IMG/VR virus record: IMGVR_UViG_3300045988_155865
Span: 1 to 60,943 of that record
Length of the DNA stretch: 60,943 nt
Direction: 5' to 3' (one strand)
Source of the DNA: a virus
Shown: piece after piece, positions 9,512-17,964 of the stretch
How the letters are laid out: each line of letters opens with the position of its first letter
Position numbering within the stretch: position 1 is the first letter of the stretch
The notes under the pieces: generated by a model
What the model was told of the DNA's origin: nothing
What the model saw: the letters and a program-made list of their open reading frames with translations, nothing else
Databases searched by the model: none
Position numbers and translations under genes: made by a program

Positions 9512-9913
9512 TTATTTTAAAAATTCAACTATTTCATAATCTGTAACAATATTTTTAAAAAGTGGAGTTTCTTTGATAATTTTTTCTATTTTTACTTTTG
9601 AGTTTGCTTTTGCCTTCGCATAAGTTAATTGGTCTACTGTAAAATAATGGACATTTCCATCCGCAAATTCAACATATATATTAAATTCTTCTGAATGGTA
9701 AGTGCTTCCTATCGTTTTGCCAGGTATCCCTCTGCGATGGTTAATTGCTTTAGTATGTTCTACGTTTGTAATTTCACAAACTTCATAAGTTGTTTCTATT
9801 GGTTTACTGCATAATTTTTCAATTTGTAGAGTTGCAGATAAACATATAGTTAAAATAATTATTCCTATGAATGTATTTATAATAATATCAATAGCATTAA
9901 TTTTTCTTTTCAT
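9512..9913 (-). CDS. Secreted or membrane-anchored protein (133 aa, N-terminal signal/TM)
   Basis: MKRKINAIDIIINTFIGIIILTICLSATLQ hydrophobic N-terminus. TAA stop. Confidence 0.55.
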   Translation of the reverse strand: MKRKINAIDIIINTFIGIIILTICLSATLQIEKLCSKPIETTYEVCEITNVEHTKAINHRRGIPGKTIGSTYHSEEFNIYVEFADGNVHYFTVDQLTYAKAKANSKVKIEKIIKETPLFKNIVTDYEIVEFLK

Positions 9914-9942
9914 TTTTCATTACCTCTCTATCTTTTTTCTTA

Positions 9943-10260
9943 TTAGCAATATATTAAACCCATGTTTCTCCAACTTAATATTGAGATTTGAGCATTTGCC
10001 CTGCCAATAATAAGAGCCTGTTTCTTGGTACTCTCTCTATGTGACTTGTCTATATAGTAAATACCATTAGCAAACCAAACACCGCAATTACCATTATATG
10101 CTTTAATCGCCTTCATTGCTTTCTGTTGGTCTGTTGTTTCTATGCCTTCTGTTGCTACTTGATAACCTGTTTTATAAGTTATGATTTTACCATTCTTTAA
10201 AGTTAAACCATCATTATCTTGTAGTTTTCTTAGAGTTCTAATATTAATCATTTTTTTCAA
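9943..10260 (-). CDS. Hypothetical protein (105 aa)
   Basis: Complete ORF with upstream promoter-like element. Confidence 0.5.
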   Translation of the reverse strand: MKKMINIRTLRKLQDNDGLTLKNGKIITYKTGYQVATEGIETTDQQKAMKAIKAYNGNCGVWFANGIYYIDKSHRESTKKQALIIGRANAQISILSWRNMGLIYC

Positions 10261-10381
10261 TCCCTTCTCTTATCTTGATCACATTATATCATCTATTGCG
10301 ATATTTGTCAATAGTTTTTTAGAAAAAAAGTTGCACAAATTGGGATGCAGATTTTTGTGTAATATTTGTATAAATTTTCTC

Positions 10382-10410
10382 TTGACTTTTATGGCAAGGT
10401 GTGATATAAT
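10382..10410 (+). promoter_or_regulatory. Perfect consensus promoter on plus strand (TTGACT-17-TATAAT)
   Basis: ttgacttttatggcaaggtgtgatataat. Confidence 0.55.
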
Positions 10411-10416
10411 ATTTCG

Positions 10417-10473
10417 AGCTGTCTCGATTCTTGCGGGCGCAAGAAAAAAAAGAGTGCTTTTACACTCTTTTTT
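10417..10473 (+). ncRNA. Candidate small RNA (about 60 nt) ending in an intrinsic terminator
   Basis: atttcgagctgtctcg..gcgggcgcaag, then aaaagagtgcttttacactctttttt (hairpin plus U-run). Confidence 0.4.
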
Positions 10474-10696
10474 CCCTCCATAAAGTACGAATTAAAGCTT
10501 CAATCTCTTCGATTATTGACTTAGCTTCTTCTTCTATCATCCTTTTACTCTCTATTGAAATATTGTTAACGTATTCAAAAATGATAACACAATCTTTTTC
10601 ATCATTATAAAAATCTAACTTATTATAATAAACTCTTATTAACTGTTCATTTATTATAAACAAATCATTTTTAATTTTTATAGGATAAATTTCCAT
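10460..10696 (-). CDS. Hypothetical protein (about 78 aa)
   Basis: ORF with GGAAAGAGG RBS. Bidirectional terminator at its 3' end. Confidence 0.45.
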   Translation of the reverse strand: MEIYPIKIKNDLFIINEQLIRVYYNKLDFYNDEKDCVIIFEYVNNISIESKRMIEEEAKSIIEEIEALIRTLWREKRV

Positions 10697-10715
10697 TTTT
10701 ATCAACCTCTTTCCT

Positions 10716-10831
10716 TAAAATGGGCAAGTAACAATTCTCATTGTAATTTCCTCACCAAGCATTTCCCAAACCTCGGCAATAAGTTTATGAAATGTAAATT
10801 CACCTGTGTTTTTATTGATATACATAATCAT
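10716..10831 (-). CDS. Tiny ORF (about 38 aa)
   Basis: AAGGAGGAAT RBS with ATG. Low confidence because of its small size. Confidence 0.25.
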
Positions 10832-10871
10832 TTTAATTCCTCCTTTATTTGTTGTTATTCTTATATCCCTG

Positions 10872-11033
10872 TTAAGCAGGGATATAAGAAACTAACTTAC
10901 CACGTTTTTGTTCTTCTCTTTTTAGCTCTGCGGCACTCAATCCATAAACCCAGCCTTGTGAGCCGTCCGCATATTCATAATAAAAACCTCTACCTTTGTT
11001 ATTTCCTTTAGTCCATACCTTCATTTTAATTAC
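10872..11033 (-). CDS. Small protein (about 53 aa)
   Basis: Promoter ttgacaaaacgcagagagtatgctataat, then AAGAGGTAAT RBS. Confidence 0.35.
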   Translation of the reverse strand, partial: VIKMKVWTKGNNKGRGFYYEYADGSQGWVYGLSAAELKREEQKRGKLVSYIPA

Positions 11034-11104
11034 CTCTTTTCTTAATTTCTATATTTATTATAGCATACTCTCTGCGTTTTGTCAAGCCTTTTTTTAAAAT
11101 TTTT

Positions 11105-11347
11105 TTAAAAAACTTTTAAAATTATTAAGGCAAGTGTTATTGCAAAGAATGTAATATCTTTTGTTTTATCTGCGATAGGTCTTTTTAAAACAAATTGTCT
11201 TGCAACTCCGATTCCATTTGCTACAAGATATAAACACTGAGCAAAGATATAAAAATAACCGACAGTAATTTGACCAATAATGCACAACACAAGATTGATA
11301 TATCCTATCCATTCCCAAGCTTTTGTATTATTCATAATAATCCCCAA
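11105..11347 (-). CDS. Small membrane protein (80 aa)
   Basis: Multiple hydrophobic segments (WEWIGYINLVLCIIGQITVGYFYIFAQCLYLVANGIGV...). Confidence 0.5.
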   Translation of the reverse strand: MGIIMNNTKAWEWIGYINLVLCIIGQITVGYFYIFAQCLYLVANGIGVARQFVLKRPIADKTKDITFFAITLALIILKVF

Positions 11348-11489
11348 ACCCTTCTGTAATAAATTCTTTTCCTTTATCTTGATTACATTATATCATAACT
11401 ACTACACTTTGTCAATGACAGAATAGTAACAATTACATTACAGCTGTGTTACAAATTGTTATTTTTTTAACAATCTTTCTACCACAATC

Positions 11490-11521
11490 TTACAAAAAGA
11501 ACAGGCTTTTAAGCCTGTTCT
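11490..11521 (-). terminator. Rho-independent terminator
   Basis: agaacaggc-tttta-agcctgttct, with a T-run following on the minus strand. Confidence 0.55.
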
Positions 11522-11542
11522 TAGATAAGAAGGAAAAAACAA

Positions 11543-11701
11543 TTATTTTGTTATTAGCTTAGTCATTAAATTAAAATTAGAATACTGTGGATTCTCATGA
11601 GTGTTCTTTGCAAGTATTTCACCATAGCAACACACAAGATATACAATAATTAACAGTACTGCAATATTAGACAACCCTTTTCTTACGTTCCACTTAGCCA
11701 T
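11543..11701 (-). CDS. Small membrane protein (52 aa)
   Basis: MAKWNVRKGLSNIAVLLIIVYLVCCYGEIL... Preceded by the promoter at 11736-11764 and an AGAGG RBS. Confidence 0.45.
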   Translation of the reverse strand: MAKWNVRKGLSNIAVLLIIVYLVCCYGEILAKNTHENPQYSNFNLMTKLITK

Positions 11702-11735
11702 TCCTCTGCACCTCTTTCCTCTTGACTACATACTC

Positions 11736-11764
11736 ATTATACCATAGATTAGCATTGCTGTCAA
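11736..11764 (-). promoter_or_regulatory. Early promoter, minus strand (TTGACA-17-TGGTATAAT)
   Basis: Reverse complement ttgacagcaatgctaatctatggtataat. Confidence 0.6.
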
Positions 11765-11835
11765 TGACAGATTGGTTACAGTTATATTACAATTGTGTTA
11801 CATTACTCTTTGTGCATGTTGCACAAACGACTAGA

Positions 11836-11961
11836 GTTAGCCTTAGCTAACTAGAGTCAGTATAGTTAGCTTAGACTAACAGGTGTCAGATATTGGGAAT
11901 AGCAGTTAGTATAGGCTAACCCGAGTTGCCGGTGTAAAATTTTGGTTAGACCCTACTAACC
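11836..11961. promoter_or_regulatory. Array of four inverted repeats GTTAG(C)-N4-7-(G)CTAAC (candidate operator or origin iterons)
   Basis: gttagccttagctaac (11836-11851), gttagcttagactaac (11865-11880), gttagtataggctaac (11905-11920), ggttagaccctactaacc (11944-11961). Confidence 0.5.
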
Positions 11962-12140
11962 AAAAATTCGGTGCGCTACAGTCGCAACCGCACCGCTGAA
12001 TCGAAATATATATTTTGGGATTGCTTGTCTTATGAAACGTGCCGATTAAGTACAAAGATTTTTTGTGTTAGAGCATACGGTCGGAAATTCGGAGCACTAC
12101 GCTGATAACTATAATTATCGGTAGTAACTCTTTTAGCGCA

Positions 12141-12302
12141 TTAGTTCACTTTATTATCTTTCTCTGATGATAATAAATCTAATGGCTTAGTACACTTACA
12201 TAGATCCTTTGCTTCACATTCTGCACAATTGCAGCCTTCGTGATAAGCGCATACGTCTATCAGTGTGTCGATGGCTTCCTTTACCTGCTCTGCATAAGTC
12301 AC
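12141..12302 (-). CDS. Cys-rich small protein (53 aa, GTG start)
   Basis: MTYAEQVKEAIDTLIDVCAYHEGCNCAECEAKDLCKCTKPL. AGGAGG RBS. Confidence 0.4.
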   Translation of the reverse strand: MTYAEQVKEAIDTLIDVCAYHEGCNCAECEAKDLCKCTKPLDLLSSEKDNKVN

Positions 12303-12848
12303 AAGACAAGCCTCCTCTCTTCTTTATTTTTATTAGAAAGGATAATACAATATTCAATTGTTTATCTTATGTATATATAATATCAAAAATTTTTATAAAA
12401 ATCAATTAAGAGATTGCCAAGCTAATACAATGTGTTATCCAGTAGTGAGTATGTAAATAGTGGACTGCGGTTGGTCGCTTAGTGTTTGCGTGTATGTTAA
12501 GGTATAAACTACATTGTATGTGTATGTAGATTACTTGCACTAGGTGAACCGATCGGCGCGCACTTCTTCTTTTATCTATTCGTATAAGTATACATTCATG
12601 CTCATTACTACACGCACTCTTTGCTACTGGATTATAATGCGCTTGTTTATTATTACATTAGTTTGTCGCCCGTACCATCAGCTTTACTACTGGGGCTGTT
12701 TTACCCCGCGTCATTAGGTGGAGCGATATTTGCTCAGCTAAAAGTGCGACAATAGGTAGTTAATATTTTACTCAACTGAAAGACCGGGGGGGGTGTTTTC
12801 GGGAGAAAATTTTTTTTGACTTTATGTTTTTTATTTGGCTGACAAAAA

Positions 12849-12907
12849 AAATTTCTAAAAGCATTTTCATTCCTAAATACGGTGGAGAAATTTCTAAAAG
12901 CACTTTC
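12849..12907 (+). repeat. Two 20-25-bp direct repeats (AAATTTCTAAAAGCAYTTTC) 39 bp apart, upstream of the late operon
   Basis: aaatttctaaaagcattttc at 12849 and aaatttctaaaagcactttc at 12888. A TGTATAAT -10-like element with a poor -35 follows at about 12932-12939. Confidence 0.5.
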
Positions 12908-12993
12908 GTTTTAATAATAGTTGGGTAAATATGTATAATTTCAATAGTCTTTTTTTTATATATTATATAAAGTAGTGTAAAGGAGGCTATATA

Positions 12994-13341
12994 ATGGCAA
13001 ATGCGATTTTATTAAATCAATCAACTAATTTAACGAAAGACAATATACTTGACACTTTAAATAAGAGCGTGATTTCAGACATAATGTTTGAAAGTAATAA
13101 ACTAATTATAAAATATGTAAATGACAATGCTGAAGATAAAGAAATAATTCTTCCATTAGATACTATCCAAACAGACATCAGAAATTTAACCAATAATAAA
13201 ATAAATAAAGTGACTAGAGCCGAGGGGCAAATTCCGCAATTAAATTCTGCTGGACAATTAAGTGCTACTGGCTTATTCGCTTCTCGAATAGTTGCTGTTG
13301 GAGATGATACTGATTTAAATTATGAGCCAATAAAAAGTTGA
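12994..13341 (+). CDS. Hypothetical protein (115 aa), first gene of the rightward module
   Basis: AAGGAGG RBS, TGA stop, no internal TAG. Confidence 0.55.
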   Translation: MANAILLNQSTNLTKDNILDTLNKSVISDIMFESNKLIIKYVNDNAEDKEIILPLDTIQTDIRNLTNNKINKVTRAEGQIPQLNSAGQLSATGLFASRIVAVGDDTDLNYEPIKS

Positions 13342-13352
13342 GGTGAAGAATA

Positions 13353-14825
13353 ATGTCTTAGGTACAATTTTTAAGAGGTAAAAACGAAGAAGCTTTAGGT
13401 AAAGTGCCTTTAACGCCAGGAGCAATATTCTTCACAGAAGAAACTAATCATCTCTATATAGATACAGATACTGCAAGACTACCAGTAAAGAGTGATTTTA
13501 TATGCGGTCGAGTCTTTTGGGTTAGATTATCAGTTGCGGACTGGGGAGCCGATAATAAACAAACTGTTTATAAATATTATAATAAATCCAATAGCGCAAA
13601 CGTAGAAGGTAGAGATATTTCTAATGTTTTAACAGATGACTCAATTTTATTTATAGGTAAATCTATTTATGGAACAGCTGATGCGGATGGCACAATGCCT
13701 GCTATCGTAGCAGATTCTTCTACCGCAGATTCTATTACTTTTAGGCTTTTAGATATTGGTGGTAATATTACTATACCAACAGTAGACATATGGATACAAT
13801 TATATTGCCCAAATCCAAATCCGCAATCAGAAAATTATGTTCCAGCAGATGTTCTAAAGACAGCATTTACAACAAGAGTTAGAATTGTTGGAAATTCATG
13901 GGAAGCAAGAGACGGTGAATTTGTACAAACAATCTCTATTCCAAATATAGATTTTACTACACAACCATTCTTTATAAACTTAAGTGATGATTCTCTTGAA
14001 AATAGAATTGAATTTTAGTCAATGCGGATGGAGGTAGTAGATGGAAATATTAAATTCTCATCTGATTTAGAAATTGTCTTTAATATTGAGGTTGATATTT
14101 GTATCATACTTGCGCTTGGTGGTAATGCGAGTTTTACAATAACTGATTTAAATGGTCCGGACAATCCAGACCGTGAATGGGTTAGTCTAAATGTCACCAA
14201 TACTTCTAATATTATTAATGGTGCTAGCTTATCAAATGTTGCGCCGGGGGAAGAACGAGAACTATTAGTTTTTTGCACAAATGATTTATAGGTTAATAAA
14301 AATGATTTTGCTAAAATAATAGATGTAAATTATGCAACGTCTAGTACAAACAATGAGGAAGGTACTTATACATTTGTTCTTGCGGATGGCGAAACAATAG
14401 AAAATGGGTTTAATTGCGTAATTATTTAGTTAAATAATATTGCTAATATAAATACAGGAATTCTTAAAGGTGATGCGGTAGAAGATATGTCAGAAGAAGA
14501 AAAACAAGAAAAATATGTAAATGGTTGGCGACAGGTAACTTCTAAGTTGAATTATACTGGGGAAATGCCAAAAGCAGCTTAGATAGATAAAGGCGCTCAA
14601 TATCGTTATTAGTATTGGCCTACCGCGGTAGAAGATTCAAATTTATTAATAGGAAAACATATGCCTTTAGTAATGCCAAAGAATAATAATGATGCAGTTC
14701 GTTTTAGTAAAATTTGCGAAACAAAAATATATTCCAATAGAATACAGTTTGTCGTTAAAGAAGAAGATTATCAATAGTATTTTAAAGGAAAAGATTTAGA
14801 AATTAAAGTGATTGATTTTATTTAA
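13353..14825 (+). CDS. Tail-fiber-like protein (about 490 aa) with a phage fiber/Mtd-type N-terminus; amber-recoded
   Basis: GAGGTGA RBS. MS-TAG-VQFLRGKNEEALGKVPLTPGAIFFTEETNHLYIDTD resembles the conserved QFRRGT...GE.GF.TDT fiber N-terminal motif. Single frame, at least 7 in-frame TAG, TAA stop, terminator following. Confidence 0.55.
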
Positions 14826-14832
14826 TATAAAA

Positions 14833-14870
14833 GGGTATGAGATTTTTATCTCATACCCTTATTTTATTTT
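14833..14870. terminator. Bidirectional intrinsic terminator
   Basis: gggtatgagat-tttt-atctcataccc flanked by an A-run and a T-run. Confidence 0.65.
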
Positions 14871-15119
14871 GTCAATAAGTGCTTGCGGAAGGTCGACTCC
14901 AAGTTCTTCAAGGACTGCTTTTGCGGTTTCATAACGAGGATCTACAAAATCGCTTTTACTTATTCCTATACATTTAAAGTCTTCACCCTCAATGAAATAG
15001 AAGTCCATCTCATCACCTTCCATAATTTTTAATCTATCACGTAAGCCTTTTGGAATTATTATTCTTCCAGATTTATCTATTTTTCTAATTGCGTTTTCTT
15101 TCTAACAATTAAGATTCAT
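14859..15119 (-). CDS. AbrB/SpoVT (swapped-hairpin) family regulator with in-frame TAG at codon 6
   Basis: GGAGGAAAATAAAAATG start. MNLNC-TAG-KENAIRKIDKSGRIIIPKGLRDRLKI matches the AbrB/MazE DNA-binding motif. Confidence 0.55.
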
Positions 15120-15555
15120 TTTTATTTTCCTCCTTATCACAATGCCCAAAACAAAAACACTCAAATGAACATTGCTTATTTATATCGTCACAAGGTCTAA
15201 TATCTTTAATTAAATCAAAAGGTAAATTGAAATCTTCTTGATATTTTATAATATCTTGATACTGACCATGTTTTATAAAATAATTAAGTATAAAATTATT
15301 TTTTTGTTTATTATAAGTTTTTTCATATTCTTTGATTTGCTTTAATTTTTCTTTATCTTCTTCGCTGTAATCTTCTGCCATAATAATTGGCATCCTCCAA
15401 CGCTCTCCAGAGCCATTCTTTATCCATTTATTATATTTTCTCCAAATTTCATTCTCTAAGACAAGTGGACTTGTTATATTATTTTCTGCGCAATAGTCAT
15501 CAAATGCGGCATTAGCGCAAAATATCAAAGCATTATAGTTATTTAACTCAATCAT
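15109..15555 (-). CDS. Hypothetical protein (about 148 aa), upstream in the same leftward operon as the AbrB-like gene
   Basis: ORF with AAAGAAAGAG RBS. Its stop overlaps the AbrB-like start region. Confidence 0.45.
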   Translation of the reverse strand: MIELNNYNALIFCANAAFDDYCAENNITSPLVLENEIWRKYNKWIKNGSGERWRMPIIMAEDYSEEDKEKLKQIKEYEKTYNKQKNNFILNYFIKHGQYQDIIKYQEDFNLPFDLIKDIRPCDDINKQCSFECFCFGHCDKEENKNES

Positions 15556-15623
15556 CTTTTTTATCAACTCTTTCTTTATTTTATATAATAATAATATCAA
15601 AAATTTTAAAAAAAGTCAAAAAT

Positions 15624-15652
15624 TTGACAAAAGAAAAATTTTCTGGTATAAT
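15624..15652 (+). promoter_or_regulatory. Consensus promoter on plus strand (TTGACA-17-TGGTATAAT)
   Basis: tttgacaaaagaaaaattttctggtataat, followed by GGAGGG RBS and ATG at 15683. A divergent minus-strand promoter is adjacent. Confidence 0.6.
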
Positions 15653-15682
15653 ATAACTATAGACTGGAGGGATTATAAAATA

Positions 15683-16744
15683 ATGATTAAACTTGATTAT
15701 TCTTTAGAAACTCCAGAAGAACGTAAATTGTTAGTAGAATAGATATTAGAAGAAGTAGAAAATCCTTCTCCTCAATACTTAGAAATTTTAGCTAACTATT
15801 TAATTCTTTGCATGGAGAAACAAGAAAGAAAAGAGAACAAAATTATTACAGAAAATCATTTAGTGACAGTAAATAAAAGAGAAACTTCTTTCGAAGGTCT
15901 TGTTTCCCAATTTGAAAATGGCGAAGATGGAATTTATAATTTGATGACAAAAAATAAAAATATAATATTTCAACCAAAAAAATCAATTACAAAATAGGAT
16001 TTAGAAGAAATACAACCGTTAAGACAATTAAAAGAAGCTATTGATTTGTGGGAAGCAAAATTAAAAACAGTTAAAGGAAAAGACGCCTTTATAATCAAGT
16101 CAGCTTTAATAGAAATGCGAAAAGATTAGTATGTAATAAAAAATGCTTATAGACAACCTATTGTGACAACTAAATTAACAAGAACTAAATATTTTCCAAA
16201 ATTAGATGAAAATATTACTTTTGATAAAGATGGATATTGCGTTCCGACCGGTGTAACGTGTATAGATCCTCGTATATGCGAAACTGCATTATGTAATTAC
16301 GCAAAATTAAAACAAGTATCAGAAGGCAACTTTGAATCTGATTTATGGTATTTTATGTTTGATTTTGATCAATTATTAGAAAAAGCATTAAAAGATGAAC
16401 CTTTGTATAGGCGAATTGTTCAATATAAGATTGAAGGTTTGCAGAATGAAGAAATTTAGAAAGCTCTTTAGGAAGAATTTAATATGACGCATACTGTTGA
16501 ATATATCTCAAGCTTATGGAGAAATAAAATTCCTAAAATGATTGCGTCAGTAGCAGAAGATGAGTATTTGCAATGGTATTATCTTAATGAAAAAAAAGGC
16601 AAGTATAAAAGATGCAGTAGATGTGGGCAAATTAAATTAGCTCATAGCAAGTATTTTTCAAAAAATAAAACAAGCAAAGATGGATTCTATTCTTTATGTA
16701 AATGTTGCAGAAATGCAAGAGCAAAGTTAAAAAAGAAAGGATGA
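15683..16744 (+). CDS. Hypothetical protein with C-terminal zinc ribbon (about 354 aa); amber-recoded
   Basis: Single frame through four sub-ORFs of the track, TAG-only interruptions, TGA stop. C-terminal CSRCGQ...CKCCRNARAKLKKKG. Confidence 0.5.
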
Positions 16745-16750
16745 TAAAAA

Positions 16751-17962
16751 ATGCCTTCAGAAAAAAGTTATTATTGTGAAAAATGCAATAGAACTATGGG
16801 CAGAGAATAGTTCTACTCATCAAATAATTTAGAAAAATATCCCAATGAAGGAGTTTTTCCTCAATGTAAGAAATGTATGACTATGCATGTGGATAACTGG
16901 GACCCAGATACTTACATATGGATTTTACAAGAAGCAGATGTTCCATATATTCCAGAAGAATGGAATAAATTAATGGCTACCTATGCAAAAGACCGCAGCA
17001 AAGTAACTGGAATGTCAATTATTGGTAGATATTTATCTAAAATGAAATTAAAACAATGGAAGTAGTATCGTTGGAAAGATACTGAATTTTTACAGGAGTT
17101 AGCTAATAATAAAATTGAACAAACTATGAAACGCCAAGGATACGATGCAGCGCAAATAGCAACTGCTATAAATAAAGCAACTTTTGAGCTGCCTCCTGGC
17201 GAAATAGCTATTCCTGAATACGAAGAAGGGCAAGAAGATACATTTGTACAAAGTCCCGCCTAGACAACCGAAGAAGAAGCTTTTGATTTAGGCTTAACAG
17301 AAGAGGATATTAGATATTTAAGACTTAAATGGGGAAAAATGTATCGCCCTGAAGAATGGGTTACGCTTGAATAGTTATATGTTGATATGATGAATTCGTA
17401 TGATATATAGGCTGCTGGAGATATAAATACATTAAAACTTGCTTGCAAAAGTTCTCTTAAAGCTAATCAACTATTAGATTTAGGAGATATAGATGGAGCA
17501 TAGAAAGCTTCTAAGATGTATGAAGCTCAGATGAAAGCAGGAAAATGGACAGCTGCGCAAAATAAAACAGATGAAAATGAATTAGTTGATTCTATTGGGG
17601 AGTTAGTTGCTATTTGTGAAAAGGATGGTTTTATACCAGCTTATTATGTTGATGGACCAAAAGATAAAGTTGATAGAGTTATTCAAGATATGTAGATTTA
17701 TACACGAGAATTGGTTACTAATGAACTTGGTCTTGGTAATATGATTGAAAATGCTCTAAAAGCTATTGAAGACGAGAAGGAGCATATTAAAGAAGCTGGA
17801 AATTATGCGGAAGCACTACAAAATAGTAATGAAGAAGATAATTTATTTAATTATGAAAAACCAATCTTAGAAGATGAAGATTTTGATGATTTTAATAATT
17901 TACAAGAGGCAATGAGTGATGAAGATACCCTATCTTATCAACTTCAAGAAGAAGGTGAATAA
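16751..17962 (+). CDS. Zinc-ribbon protein with acidic C-terminus (about 403 aa); amber-recoded. Its position is consistent with a small terminase subunit
   Basis: N-terminal YYCEKCN...CKKC. Frame continuous with TAG only. TAA stop immediately before the large terminase. Confidence 0.4.
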
Positions 17963-17964
17963 AT

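Noticed and set aside
1680-12130. The repeated hairpin elements as a CRISPR array
   Set aside because: The stems differ in sequence at every site, spacing is irregular (hundreds to thousands of bp), and each sits in a promoter or terminator context between genes. This is not a repeat-spacer array.
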